A stretch of DNA of 64,000 bases from NCBI GenBank assembly GCA_028534125.1, contig CM052818.1:16866001-16930000 (forward strand). The letters run 5' to 3'. The notes under the pieces are model-generated. The model saw only the letters and a program-made list of their open reading frames with translations. It had not been told where the DNA came from and did no database searches. A program made the translations under genes and the position numbers. The stretch comes from Lama glama (taxonomy: Eukaryota). Shown piece after piece: positions 1 to 13,520 of the stretch (the stretch's first letter is position 1; each line of letters begins with the position of its first letter).

Positions 1-1177
1 GAGAGTGCACTCTCTGTCTCTTAGGGGTGTATGCTGAGGAGATGCCAAAGCGAAGTTAAATATGCCTCTGAAACTCAGGGCACAGGGTGGAATTCCTGGG
101 AGAATTAGGCAAATTTCTGTACTGAAATGAAAATTTTAAAGGCAGTTCCTTTCAGTTATCTAAAAAGTAATGATACAAACAAATAGCTTGAGAAAGTTTA
201 GGAAACAGGCAGTGCTCCACACTGCACTATCAGTTACTGGTGATTGTGCCAGGAGAGACTCCTTCTGTTCATCCCTCTGAACTTCAAGGAGTCAAAGAAC
301 CATAGCTCAGTTTTTTTCTTCCTGTGTAAAGTGCATTTGTAACTGATTGGAATTTTCTGGAGTACTGTGAATTGGCTTTATTCGCTGAGTTCCATAAATT
401 GTAATACTGACCCAGTTTTGATTTGTTTTAACTATAACCATTCCATCATTAACCAGTATTATCCCTTTCCCAGTGCTGACCAGTCCTGGCATTCTCTTTG
501 CCCTTAAGGAGATTTGTGAATTGTAAACATATTATGCATGGTACTAAATGAGATTGGGGACGGTAAACAGCTTGAAAACTTGAACCATCTAGCATAATGA
601 TAACCATAGATGCTGCAAGAAAATGACCTTTTGCTTAAAACAATTCACCTTCTGTCAGAGCGGATTGCTATTGGTTTTCTTTGGAAAATTTAACTCCGTT
701 GCCTGGTCAGTTACCTCAAGAAAAATATTTCTTCATCGGATAATAACATTTAATTAATCAATTTAACTGCAAAAAAAGCTGTCATTAGAAAGTATACAAT
801 TCATAATAATTAATTCAGGTTCATTTCATTTTGAGAGTAGGAAAAAAACTAAGGAAATATTTTATTTCACATTAACTGAAACTCTAATATAGATATAAAT
901 CATTCCTTATGCAGTCATTAGCCACAGTTTCAATGGGGTGAAATTCTTCCTACCTTTCTGTAATACTCAACTGCAGAAATCTTTATGTTCTTGGATATTT
1001 AATTTACATATTAAATTTGATTCTGAGGACATAATTCTGTAGAAACATAATTAGAAATAAGGAGTGAGAGACAAACCAAAACTGCAGGAATGTTAGGAGG
1101 TGACTCATATTAGGAAATGAAAAAAAATCTAAAATGCTCATTTTGAAGTAAAGTTGATTTGAAGTTCATTTTCTTCC

Positions 1178-1350
1178 AGCCACTAGTTCTGCAATTTCTG
1201 GCAAATTATTTAATCTTCAGTTTCCTTATCTGTATACTTGGTATTATGTAATACCCCTTCTTAGATTATTCCTAAGAGTAAATGAGTTAACATAAATATG
1301 CTGAGTACCTGGCCCATAATAAGCACCCAAAAAGCATTTGATGGTATTTT
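1178..1350 (+). mobile_element. MIR SINE (degenerate)
   Basis: MIR core 'cttcagtttccttatctgta' and 3' part 'aaatgagttaa...cctggcccataataagcacc'. Confidence 0.7.
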
Positions 1351-1417
1351 TTGGAATTAAAAAAAATGAGGCCACATACAGTGGACAGGGATAGAATAAT
1401 ACAAATGAATAAATACG

Positions 1418-1570
1418 TGGTTTCTGGAGCCAGATAGACTTGTATTAAATCCAGGTGGGCTCCTTGCTCCCTTGCTTTGTGACCATGGGGGTGCTGTGTA
1501 ACTTCGCCAAGACTCAATTTCCTCACCTGTAAAACTGAGATGATGAAACAAACCACTATTTTACAATTAG
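1418..1570 (+). mobile_element. MIR SINE
   Basis: 'tctggagccagatagact...ctttgtgacc...ctcaatttcctcacctgtaaaactgagatgatg' matches MIR 5' part and core. Confidence 0.75.
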
Positions 1571-1878
1571 TGTTGGTTTCCTCTCTCTGAAAAAGACAGT
1601 ATTTCTATTCTTTAGTAATGGTTTCACCTGTCCCTGGACCCTACAACTGCAGTCACTCACTTGGCGTAGGAGGTGAACCAGACAGCTTGGCCTGCAGCTT
1701 TAAGCCAGGCTCTGCAAACACGAGCCAGGGACTGTGAAACGGAGGACAGTTACTCCCACTCCTTCTATTTTTTTCTCTTAGAGATGAAATGAAATGCCTT
1801 TAATATTTTTTTCACTTTTTCTTTTACTGTGTCTGGGAGAGTAAGGGACCAGTTTCCCTCTAATCATTCATATTTATT

Positions 1879-1909
1879 CTCTCTCTCTCTCTCTGTCTCT
1901 CTCTCTCTC
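1879..1909. repeat. (TC)n microsatellite
   Basis: directly visible. Confidence 0.9.
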
Positions 1910-1954
1910 ATTTCAAAAGAACAAGCAAGCATAAATTCTTGGAGCCTTTCTACG

Positions 1955-2153
1955 TAGTAGAACTCAAAGCCAGACACTGGACTAAGTAGTAATTACCCGT
2001 GAACTTGTAAGAAATGTAACATTTAAATTTTTAATTTAATATCCAGCCCCAATCAAGACTTACTGAATCAGAAGCTCCAGAGGCATGACCCTGGATTTGA
2101 GTTATAACATTTCCTGCAGGTGATTTGATACTAAAATTTTGAAAATCACTGCT
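1955..2153. mobile_element. MER5-family hAT-Charlie MITE
   Basis: 'agacttactgaatcagaagctcc...caggtgatttgatactaaaattttgaaaatcactg' resembles the MER5A/B right half and terminal repeat. Confidence 0.7.
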
Positions 2154-2298
2154 TTCAATACAGGTAACTTGCAAGGAAGGTCTTTCAGATGCTGTGCATT
2201 TCTCTCTGCTTGACACAGGTAGACATTTGAAGATGACCAAGGATACTAACACATCTTCCTTATGACTGGTAGACACAGTCTGTTGATCTCATCAGTTT

Positions 2299-2319
2299 TG
2301 AGAGAGAGAGAGAGAGAGA
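2299..2319. repeat. (GA)n microsatellite
   Basis: directly visible. Confidence 0.9.
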
Positions 2320-2669
2320 ATATTGTTCTGTGGTGGTATTAGGGTCTACAGATTCCATGCAGGGGATTTTACTTTAGTGTCTCCTATCATTTTACTGTAA
2401 AAGATTATTTTAAGCAATCAGTGCTTGGCACACAGTATAATGATAATAATTATTATTACCTTAAAACTAATTTTATTTTAAAATCCTTTATTTAAAACCT
2501 TTCATTTTCTTTATATGTATGAGGTACTTGTTATTTCCAAGTTACCCTCCTAGTCTGGTGGAGAATGGAAAGATAAATAAGACATTCTCCTAATTTAAGG
2601 AGCTTGAAATTAGGTTAAAATTCATGTTTTTGTTTGACATACAGGTTTTTAAAAATTTCATGATGTCCA

Positions 2670-2775
2670 CAAACCTATCTGATTTTGTTCACCATTGTTT
2701 TTTTTCAGCTAGCTCAGTACCTGGATCTTAGCTGGTATTTAATAAATATTTCTTTAATGAATGGATGCATGCATG
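2670..2775 (+). mobile_element. L2 LINE 3' end
   Basis: 'ttttgttcaccattg...cagtacctgg...aataaatatttctttaatgaatggatg' matches the L2 tail. Confidence 0.7.
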
Positions 2776-3009
2776 TGTACATACCTAGTGCAAGAAAAGG
2801 TCCTTTGGCCATTTGTCTGTCTCACATTGTTTACCCAAAAGGACCAATGGCCTCTTGTGCTTAAGTTGAGGAAGCCAGGTGGACTTCCGCACAGCAGAGA
2901 CCCAGAAACACTAATCCTGCTGTTTGCACACCAAGACTTATGTAGGTGTTCTGCACGCTCATCTGCACACATCTGAGGTTTCATATTTCAACTTAAGGTG
3001 GAGCCGTAT

Positions 3010-3200
3010 ATTTATTTTTATTTTTTAATTTAATTTAATTTAATTTTTGTATATATATATATATATATATTTTATTGAAGTATAGTAAGTTTGCAGTGTT
3101 GTGTCAGTTTTTGGCGTACAGCACAATGCTTCAGTCATACATGAACATACATATATTTGTTTTCATATTCTTTTCACCATTAGTTACTACAGGATATTGA
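3010..3200 (-). mobile_element. Artiodactyl/camelid-type L1 3' end with T-rich and (TA)n tail
   Basis: 'tttattgaagtatagt...gtgttgtgtcagtttttggcgtacagcacaatgcttcagtcatacat' is the reverse complement of an L1 3'UTR end with AATAAA. Confidence 0.85.
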
Positions 3201-5293
3201 GACACAAATCTCCTATCCCACGGGCTTGCCATGTTCTAGCAGGTTTTTATTGCATGTAGACCCAACTTCTCAAAAGGATTTGATACATCAGCAGGATTCG
3301 ATCGTTTTTCTAAGTCTAACTCAGCTTTTTATAATAAATTAGGCCATTATCCAGCCTGATAAGCAATCAACCCAACGCTATTCATTTGGAAATCACAACA
3401 ATAGGAAAGGTAGGGCTGTGGGAGGGAGAAGCTGTAGTTCTGTGCTTCAGCTTCGAGAAAATATCACAAAAAATTTTCAGATATTTTTAGGAAAAATCCT
3501 ATGTCAAAAACGTCTGTATTAGTCTCAAAGAGTGTGGCCATTTGGAGCTTAATCTGTAGAGTGGTGCGTGTGTATGCACTGAAGTTGTGGGGTGTTGAAA
3601 GGGCACGAACTGGGCTTGTTCTTCACACTTTTTTAACACAGATCAGGTTGTGGTTTTGTTCACGGAGGGCGACTCTGAAGCCCATTGACTGAAGCTCAAT
3701 GTAGTTTAAAACACACACAAACCCATTCAGCTACTTAGCATATTTGGAAGTGTATTGAAGACCTTTACTTGGGGCTGCATTCAGGAAGCAGCCCAGACCT
3801 GAAATTGCTGTGTTGGGGTAATTATTTTTCTTAGACATTTCAAAGACTAGAGGTCTTTTTGATAACCATTTCAGAAAGCTCACCTGAAGAAACATCACTC
3901 TCCTTAAAGTTAGTTCATTGTTCTTCCTTTGAATACCTTATAGGGAAGAGATCTTTGAAAGTCCTGTGCTCGTCTTATAATATTATCAACCCCTTTATAA
4001 AATAACTTACCTCATATAAGGTTCTCTGATATTCAAGTCAGCTGTTGTATATGGCCTGGCACAGAGAAGGGATTTGGGAAATGGTTAGTAAAGATGGGAT
4101 GAGTGAATGATTTGTGTGTTTGTCAAGACTCAACTCCTCTATTTGTCTTTCTAGGCTGCGGCAGCCTGACTCTGCGTTGCCCCTGCCACCTGCCTCCTTT
4201 CTATCAGGGCAGGCTAACTCCCCCGGGTGCCCACCTGCCCCACACAAATTCCAGGTCTGAGCCTTTCCATGCACTGCTTTCTTGGTCAGAAATGAGCTTT
4301 CACTTACCATCTTTTCACCCAAACCCTCCCACCTTTCAAGGACCTTTTCAGACCCCACGTCAAGCCACCAAGACTTTTTTCTTATGGTCCCTGCCCTAAA
4401 ATTGTATTTAGACTTTGATTTCCATAAACAGAGTAAAAAATAGTAGGCTGCAGTTGTTACTATAGGGTTCTGAAAGTCAAGCAAATGGCCAAAAACGTAA
4501 GTGACTTACCTCACAGTTGTTTTGTTTTTCCTGATGCTGTAATCTTGTTTGTGCCAGGGACAGGGGTTTCTGGTCCTCTTATCACCAAAGAAATTGGCAC
4601 AGTGCTGTTCCAGTTGTGGGTGGCTATTAAATAATTGTTGACTGATGGAGAATTATAATCACAGGTGTTCTTAGATCTAGTTCATTAAAACAGCAACTAC
4701 AGCACTGTGATCTAATGAAGGAGGGCTTTAAAAAGAACAAAAGTGAGAATAATTTCCTATGCTGAACTGGGTCCCAAGAGGGAAAAGACTGCTGTGTTAG
4801 TGCCCATAGTTTATAAGGGAATATATATTTATCCATAAATACTTAGCTCTAACATTTTAATTGTTGAATATGTATCCAATACATCAGAAACATTTATACA
4901 GGTAGCACTTTTTTTAGATGGAAATGACATTCTGAGTATTAAACATGGAAATAAAATTTTTGAAGCAGTTTCTCCTTGGGCTCAAATTATTTGCTTAAGA
5001 AGGGGAGCTGCATATACCTTATTATCTGCATCTTGCCCACATTATTACTGCAAGCACTTTGTCCACACCTTCTCCAAAGGACCCTTCCAATTTATTCATC
5101 TGTCACTAAAAGAAAAAAATACCTATAACCAACCTCTACATATTTCTATTGGACTTTAACCTCCCCCCACCAAAAAGAAAAAGATTTTGAAGACTTCCTT
5201 TTTTTCCTCTTGAAACCTTTCCGTTTCTCTGAATAATCATTTTTTTCCTGTTTTGTCTTGTGTGCTTTCAGTAATTCCCCATTGCCCTTAGAG

Positions 5294-5363
5294 ATAACCC
5301 TTATTTGAAATTAGAAATAACTCTTATTTGAAATTAGAAATAGAACCCTTATTAGAAATAACT
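5294..5363. repeat. 23-bp tandem repeat, about 3 copies (third degenerate)
   Basis: ataacccttatttgaaattagaa (5294-5316), ataactcttatttgaaattagaa (5317-5339), then atagaacccttattagaa ataact. Confidence 0.85.
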
Positions 5364-5528
5364 GAGATGATGCAGTACCATGGCATTCACTGGCCACTTA
5401 GTTGCTCTTCTTTTCATCTTTTGCCATCTCTAGCTTCTCTGCATTCTGCCCGTCCCCTTCCTGCCACTGCCAGGGTGGTGGTTTGAGGGATGAAGGGTCT
5501 GATGGGTTGTTGGAAGACAGAATGAATG

Positions 5529-6079
5529 TGTTACCCCAAAAGGGGAAGGGAAAAGACCCTAGTTCTTCTCATACTTGAAAGATAAGAACTCAGACGGGAG
5601 ACAGTGCATTGTGTAGTAAAAGATTTTAAAAGACTTATAAGCAAAGGGAAAGTACACCCCCAAGAGTGGGAGGTGGACTGATCCAAGGGCATATAGCAGT
5701 GGTCTTTGTTTGCCCCTTCTCTCATACCCTCGCTTAGCGGTGGTCTCTTGGTTGATTGACAGCTCTTGCCCCTGGAGTGTTAGTCATGTTCATCCCCTTT
5801 TGCGCATGTCCTTACCCATGATGCAGACAGAAGAATCCATGGGGGAGCCTAAACTGCAATGCTAATTATATTACAATGAGCAGTGAGTCATGTCCAGTTA
5901 GATTCTTGTTGCTGCTGAGCAGTTGCAGTTGTTGGGTTCTAACCGGTTTCTTGCTGGCACTCATTTAGAGGAAATAAAGCCCCTTTATGCTGAAGGCGGA
6001 CATAACGCCATCTTCCGGACCATCCTCCCTCTCCTCCGCCTTATCTGCCTGGTGCCCCCACTTATTTAACTACCTAACA
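5529..6079 (-). mobile_element. ERV1-class solo LTR (551 bp)
   Basis: TGTTA...TAACA inverted termini; perfect 4-bp TSD AATG (5525-5528 and 6080-6083); minus strand ends ...ggggtaaca like ERV1 U5 ends (orientation inferred from this). Confidence 0.85.
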
Positions 6080-7509
6080 AATGTATTCTGGAAGTGGAGA
6101 CCAAGGGCTTCACTGGACCCAGAGCCAGGTATAACTGTACATGTGAATCGAGGCTTAAGGGAAAAAAAGGAGAACGAGTATAACGTTTCTTCTCTTCACT
6201 TTTTAAATATTCTTTGGCCTTTAGGTTGAAATACTGACTCAGAACAGGGCGATAAGGACCTCAGCATGATGAAAGAATGATGCCATTTGCTTTAAGATCT
6301 CAGTGGAGAGAGGATTTACAGACCAGGCTGTTAATGGATCCATTAGAAGTTTATCTCTGAGTTGCACTTCCTATCAAAGTGGGAGTGCACGTCCCTCAAT
6401 ATTTTCACCTCAGAAAAATTGAATCTCTACTGATAGCCACTTTCTGGGCCCCCAAACAAATCATTATTGCTTTGAGACTTTGCCAGGTGGGTTTTATTCT
6501 AGATAAAATGCTGCAATTTTATATTGAAAGCCTGTAATGCAAATACCATATTTACAAGCCTAATTTCAACCATCTTGATTTCTGATTTAAAAGCCTGAAA
6601 TTTTCAGATGTCAAAAGGCTGGTGTTTAAGTAGTCTGCATAGTATGTCTAAAATTATAATAGAATGATTTGCAAATACGTAGCATGGCTCCATTACCTTA
6701 GTAAAGAGGTACTTTTTTTTTAAAGTAGCTTTTTAATTTGTGGTGTTTTTCTTTGAGAGGTCTGTATTTCCAAGCCAATCATTCCTATTAATCTCACACT
6801 GTAAAGTAAATTGTGTCTTGTGTTTGAGTAGAGAGAGCTGTTTCTCAACATAAATGGAAATCTCAAAATTCAGATTCATTTTTCCAATGAAAGAGTCTGG
6901 GTTTGATTCAGATAGCAGCCGTCCAAGCTTGAAAAGGAGTCAGCACAGCTGTCCCTGAAAATTATTGTGCCCAAACACTGAGACAATGGTGCTGCTTTTT
7001 ATGTTGATGTTTTGTTCATCAAAACCACATAGAAATTTTCTGAAGACACAGTTTTTAAAAACATTATTATTATTTTTACTTGTACCTTTATTAGCAATGC
7101 CTGTTGATGAATATGTAGAGCTTAATTCAACCATCCTGTTGAGTTCTAACCACAGTGAAGCATTTGGCTCCAAAGTTTGTCTTAATCCATTCCGAAAAAA
7201 ATCTGTGTGGACAAAAACATGCTGAGCTTCACACCTGCTGTTTTTAGGTGTTGAGAAAAGAAAAATTTGCCCATCAATAAAATGCTGATACTTTGTAACC
7301 AAAGCACCCAGAAGCACGTGTAAAGATACTGTAGGAAAAGATCCGTGTGTCAGATTGCATCATGTTACAGCAGGTTGTGTACGCCCTCCTCATTTAGAGC
7401 TGGGCTGAATGAATCAGATGGTTGCTAGGCTTCGGTCTTAATTCCATTCTGTTGTCCATTTCCATCTATTTATATTAGTTCTTTTATGAGACAATAGCAT
7501 TTCATGTTA

Positions 7510-7645
7510 AATTAGGAGACACAGGTAAGAATGGTTTGAGTTCAAAAGGGAGGAAGATCACCGAAGAGGGTATAATCAGAAATGGTTTCCTTGAGAAAAC
7601 AGACCTTGACCTTGACCTTGAAGAACTGTAGACTCATGGGGAGTG
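7510..7645 (-). mobile_element. L2 fragment
   Basis: 'atcagaaatggtttccttgagaaaacagaccttgaccttgaccttgaagaa' resembles L2 reverse strand. Confidence 0.5.
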
Positions 7646-9059
7646 ATGAACCAGTCTCCAGAGAAACTGATGTCTTTGTGTATCTTTTTTCGGACATGTT
7701 AGTCTCTGACTGTATACTTCTCGAACTTAAATGTTAGCTGCCCCTTTATTTTTCTCTTTAGGCCCTCCGAACAGAATCTACTTCCACAAAAGCATCAGTG
7801 AGCCACATAGAATTCACCAGCCATCATCCTTTAGAATGAGAAAGGAAGGCCATTTTTCACACCTCAAATCGACCCATAAAAAATAGTGCTAGATGTAACT
7901 GTTCACCGAAGTTTTCTTTCAACAGTGCAGCCACCAGTCTCTTTCACTGACCTCTCACCCGCAGCCAAGTTCCTTCCTCCCTCCTGAATTTATTCTGGCA
8001 GTGTCAAATTCCCTTTCCTCCTCTTTCTTAAAATTGACTCAGAAGACAGACAGGTTCAACTTTTACCCTAAAGTGAATTTATCCAAGTAGTCTCTCAACA
8101 AAGCACCTAAGTGATTAAAAATACTATCCATACCATTCAATACATACGTAACTAAAAATGAAAATAGTGCTTAAAAAGTCAGCATTCGCATCTAGATTGG
8201 TGAAAGAGTTTTGCCAACTTGATCTAAAATTAATTTTAGAAGATTGGCCCTCGATAGCAGTATAAAAGAACATTGTTCCCTGTGGTGTCTGAGTCACAGA
8301 ATGTGGCAATGATTGTGAGAATGGGTTGGGCCACAGCTGGTTGTCTGAGAATTATCCATGAATCAAAACCTCTAATAATATCTAAACCAGTCATGCCCAT
8401 AGGATTTCCTACAAGAAAATGTGCTGCTATAGTGGAAGGTAACTTCTAAATCACTGTTCTGAAAGACCAGAGAATACTAACACCCTCAGAGAAAAATTAA
8501 GTGAATTAAAATGCAAAAGTAATTAATATAATTAAAATATCACTAGTTATTCTTCTATTTAAGACACTTGCCTAAGATAACCTATTTCTAAACAATTAAA
8601 TTAAATACCTCTTTTTATACATATTTGTCTTGATACACAATTTGAAGGGAAGAGTTAATAACATATTGACATGAGATTTGCTCTGAACTAAAAACCTAGA
8701 ATAAATCTTACATTTTTTTCACTGACCATATTATTCTTTGTCTCAGCTTTTCTGTTGGAAAAGTTTTTATCCTGGAGTCGCTCTGATAGAATACACTAAA
8801 TGAGAAAAACAAGAAGAGATCTGCAGATTGGAAGAGAAGTCTGTTTTCTGCAGTTGTTTTAAAAGTGCTACCCATAAATTTACACGGCTGGAAATAGCCT
8901 AAGTAGGTTCCTAAGTCTTTCTCTTGCCGTCTAGTCAGGACAAGTGTGCGTGAATAGTGTCAGTCAGGCGAGAAGCTGTCTGTTTCTTCACGGTGGTATT
9001 TCCTTAAAGCCCTCTTCCGTAGTTGAATCCGAAACACTTGTGATCAGACTGTTCTTTCC

Positions 9060-9180
9060 AGTTCTTCTGCAGGTTACTTCCTAGTAATCTAAATGTCACC
9101 TGTATGGTTGAAGCTTATTATCTCTCATTCTGTCCTCAGGGAAAACTGAGAACAACCAACTGTCCTCTGCATAATTACAT
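9060..9180 (-). mobile_element. L3/CR1 LINE fragment
   Basis: 'cttcctagtaatctaaatgtcacctg...tctcattctgtcctcagggaaaactgagaacaac' resembles L3 reverse strand. Confidence 0.5.
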
Positions 9181-9629
9181 GGTCCCTAACGAAATGCACT
9201 GTTAGACTGCGGCTTCCCACAAGGAGCGAAAAAACGACTGCTCTGCTCTGCTGCTCATTGCACGTGATGTTGCTTTCTCTCCATTCAGACCCTGCATGAA
9301 CTCACTGAGCTTAAGTGCAGAGCAATGAGAAGGGGGCCATAGGTATCATCAAGGACAGTAAAATAACAAAACATTAAATAGCAAATTCTTATGAACATTT
9401 ATCTGCAGCGTTCTTTATGCAGCTTAAGTTACTACCCGGTCTTCCTTTCTTCTGCTGAAAGGATGTTTAAAATAGAAAAGGCACGTAGCTTTGAATAGTA
9501 GAAAGAGGTGAAATTTTGGAGTAAGAATATCTAAGTAAGAATATCTTCTGCACACATGCTCCTCTTCTTCCCGGTCACACACCGTTGGTTTTCTGGTAAT
9601 CCTCTAATCGCTACTTCAGTGTGTTCGGG

Positions 9630-9803
9630 GAGGCACTTGAACTGGAACTGGGCATCCAGTGTAAGAATAATTTGAGGATCTTTTTCAAAACACAAGTTTC
9701 TTGGCCCAAACCCCAGACACATTTAGTTCAGGTCTCTGGAGAGAGGACCCTCTAATCCATCTTTTAAATAGCTATGTGGTGCTCGCCAAAATTGAAAAAG
9801 CTG
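9630..9803. mobile_element. MER5-family MITE
   Basis: 'aaaacacaagtttcttggcccaaaccccagacacatttagttcaggtctctggagagaggaccc'. Confidence 0.6.
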
Positions 9804-11574
9804 TCCTGGTCCATTGCTTTCTTCTACTCCTGTACTTCATTCATGTCGGATAGTAGCTGGAAAGCCAAATAAAAATACTTTTATAGTTGTAAAAATATTA
9901 TATTTTCAGGTCCCTTGTGCCTGCTTTAGCTGTAGAGCAGAATCCCAAGTGGAAGAAAGCTGCAGGTATCACACCACTTCCAGAAACCTCTTATTAAAAT
10001 TGTCAGGAAGAATGAGTGTCAAGTGGGTCAAGTAAGATTTGAATAATAGTCAGAAAAGCAAATGGCCTTTGGCTGTTCTGCCAAGGCACCAAGTTACATT
10101 TTCCTCGAACTGTAATAAGTTTTCAGTGAGACATCTTGGAAACAACCAGTCTGTTTTTTCAAACGAAGTGTGGTTTGAAATCGTAAGACAGCATAGCTTA
10201 AAGTTAGGCTGTTCCTATTCAGAATTTATTCTGTTAAATGTTCTCTACTGTAGTGCAAAGCAAGATGAATATACTCTGCTTCTGATGGTAGGTTTCCATT
10301 AGATTTTTATTTTTATTTTTTCCTTGCAGCTGTTCTGTATTTTAGCATTTGGGTATGCTTGGATACTAGAACAGATCTTGCACACATTGATGTAGAAGAG
10401 AGGTTGCATTCTTTATTTTTAGTCAGTTAAGTGAAATACAATTTTAACTTATGATAGGAAAAAGTGTATGTGTATGTGTTTTTTCTTGCTTGTTCATTTT
10501 TCTTCCTTTTTGAAGTCTAATATAATGCTTTATTAAAAGACAATATTGAAATGTGAGATGAAGTGACAAATTTCATAGCTATTCAAATAATAAGCTCCTG
10601 AGTCTCTAAGTTTAAAAGAAAGGGAAATATCTATTGCTGTATCTGCCTTGCTGATCACACAATTTCCTGAAAATGGAAGTGATTTCAATCTTGTCTTTTA
10701 CCAATGAGAATTTTGCAGACGTTTCACATTCAAAATGTAGTCATCATTTAGAGTAAGAGAATTGCACTCAATGGGAAAATTTCATTAAAAACATTTTCTT
10801 GGGGGAAACTTACCATCTGAATAAAACATAGAAATTAGAAAAAAGTGTATAGAGTGTATGTTGCAAAATTAAGTTTATGTTGGCAGGAAGTTCCTGTACT
10901 CTTTTCAATTACGATAAGATTTTCTCATTATGCTGCTCTATTTAAAGCTTGCTATAATTGACTTACATATTAAAGAAAATAACAGTGACAGATACAGATG
11001 AGGGTGCCTGTGTTTATGGATAGCAATTTGTATAGAGAACCTTCTTCAGCACTTTATCGAGTAAGGGATATGCGTAGTTGCAGGGAAATATCTGAGCTTA
11101 TCACAGATGTAAAAGAGATTTTTTTTTCCCTTAAGCTCAGAGTCCTATCATATGAATGCCTGATGTGGCTTCTAGCTCTATTTTTCTCTGGTTTTGCTTC
11201 TTGCAAGAAGCTAAGACATGAGTAAAGATAGGTTACTACAAAAAGGCATCTCACGTATAACTTTCAATACCATTTCCCCTAAAAGACACTTTTCACTTTG
11301 CCAGTTTAGAAGTAAAACACACAGCCTAAATGAAACTTGTGACACTGATACAGAGAAATTTAAGTGACCAGTTCCATTACCAATAATAATAGAGTGAGCC
11401 ACTGGAGAACCTGGATGTGAAGGGTTCTTCCTCTCTGAGCACTGATAGCGTGTTATTACGGTGCTTTCATGCAGATTTCTATGATAAAATCCTCACTGGT
11501 ATCCTACTGTTAAATTGTTCTGTTCAGGAAGAGGATGAAGAAATGTGAGCATATAGAATCTCTGAAAGTTCCAA

Positions 11575-11717
11575 GGGGGAGGGTATAGCTCAAGTGGTAC
11601 AGTGCATGCTTAACATGCACAAGGTCCTGGATTCAATCCCTTGCACCTCCCCTAATTAATAAATAAATAAGTAAACTTAATGACCTCCCCCCTCAAAAAA
11701 AAATAATTTGTTTTAAA
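11575..11717 (+). mobile_element. Vic-1-type camelid SINE (tRNA-Ala derived)
   Basis: 'gggggagggtatagctcaagtggtacagtgcatgcttaacatgcacaaggtcctggattcaatccc' with A-box and B-box-like motifs, (AAAT)n and A tail; diverged TSD agaatctctgaaagttcc / agagtgtcttaaagttcc. Confidence 0.9.
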
Positions 11718-12264
11718 GAGTGTCTTAAAGTTCCTCTCTACAAGTAGTCAGCAGGATAGACAGTCTGAAGACAATGGACATTAAGATCATTGCCAAACAT
11801 TTATTCTGAAAAGAACCACTTCTCTTGTATATGTCACAGCATTTTTCTGTGGTTGTAGGTTGTTTTCAGAAGTGAATACTAATAGTGCAGTGAGGTGGGT
11901 TTACTAGAACAAACCAAGTCAGACCAGTGGGATTTCCGTTCTGGAAGGAGAGTCTGGGGATTAGCGGATACCTGCTTGTTAGCACAGCATTTCACATAGC
12001 TTTTTATGGTTATCTTTGTTGGAAGGCAAGAGGAATGGCTAGTAGATCAGCTAAGACAGTGAACCACATGAGAATGCTAGCTGATTTGGGGTCGTATTAA
12101 GATGATATTTTCTCAATTGAATGCTTTCTATTTATGACGTATACTACTGTTTTTTTTAATTTACATTAGTGATACTAATTTTCTCTTAAAATACTATTAA
12201 AATGTAAAAAAGTGAGTTTGTTTAAATAGAAATATCAAGCAAATACTGACACAAGTAGTATGCA

Positions 12265-12328
12265 TATATGAATGAGAAATTAGATTTGATAGTCTCTAAG
12301 GTTTTTTCCAATTCTGAGATTGTGTGAA
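12265..12328 (+). mobile_element. MIR3/L3 3' tail
   Basis: 'atagtctctaaggttttttccaattctgagattgtgtga'. Confidence 0.5.
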
Positions 12329-13520
12329 AGGCAAATATCACCATCTTTCTCCTTAAGCAAAGACACAGATTTCAAAAGAAGTTGCTTAACGTCTTGAACC
12401 AGAACCTAAGTCTTTTGGCAATCATAGAAGTGGTGGAACTATGGCCTTCTATTGGGGTCTGAGCAAATAGGTAAATGTATATTTTTAATCATAAAAATTA
12501 TATTTTAATTCTCTATTTTGATTTACCAACAAAAGAAAATGAAATAAGAATCACATGAAAAGCTCTTCAAAGTTCAAGTGACCAGAGAAAAGAAAGAAGC
12601 ACTCTTATTCTTGCTTAAAATCACTTCCCTCTTGCCTTCTTTGTCTGGAGGGAGCAGAGAGGGAGGGAGGGTGTTTATCTTGGGTATAGTATAATATTCT
12701 ACAATCCATTTAAGAAGGCATTTCAGATGTCATATTGAAAAACTACCATATGGAAGAGTAGGTCCTTTTGCCTGTCCAAATCCCGTGGGGTCACTTGTCT
12801 GTCCTGGCCAGCATTCCATTAACTTTCCATCTCTATATCCCATGGGTACCAAGAACTTGGCCCATTTTCTCCCCTTCTGGCTACAACCATCTGCCCCTCC
12901 ACCTGGGTTCCTTGCCATTCAGACCATCACTGACACAGCTTACCAATTTCTCCTTCAGTTTTCGGTTGCTGAAAAGACCTTTACACCCTTTGAAACGTTT
13001 TCTGTTGTTACTGACAATATAAACAAAGGCACAGTTAGAAGTGTCTTAGTGTCTCTTTTCTTTCAATTGAGAGAAATAATTTAAGCCACCGTTAGCAAAA
13101 ATTGTTAATTATGAGGACATAGTCGCATCTCACAGAATTCAAGGGTCCTAACTGGGGCCTGAAGTAGGCAATAGAAAGCAGGTGAAAACTGGGGTAGCCT
13201 GTTCTTGTTTTCTCTGTGTCTTGCTGTCCTCTTAGTCCCTCCTTTAATTCTTACCTGCCTGTCTTTTTCATCTGGAAGATCTTTCATTGCTCAGGAATGA
13301 TCTCACTTTATTTTAAGCTAATAAACCATACTCAATTCGAAATTCCCTGAAAAATCATACTGGTCATCTTGTGTCGTGTGTACCCTGATGTACAGGAGTG
13401 ACTGGGGTTGGGTCTCAGGATACAAACATGGCAACTGAGGGGTCTATCATGTGGTTGGAAAGAGGTTTCGTTATGTGACTGGGGAGCGATTTTCAGGAAA
13501 AGGGGGCCATTGCAACTTGA

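Noticed and set aside
4038..4484. 148-aa minus-strand ORF
   Set aside because: Non-ATG start, no recognisable domain or splice context, and partial overlap with an L2-like tail.
5294..5363. CRISPR-like or other repeat-spacer array (also 16329 and 49184)
   Set aside because: Only 2-3 copies, no series of unique spacers, eukaryotic context; simple local duplications.
11581..11650. tRNA gene (also at 38961 and 49586)
   Set aside because: These are SINE heads with broken stems, A-rich tails and TSDs, not functional tRNAs.
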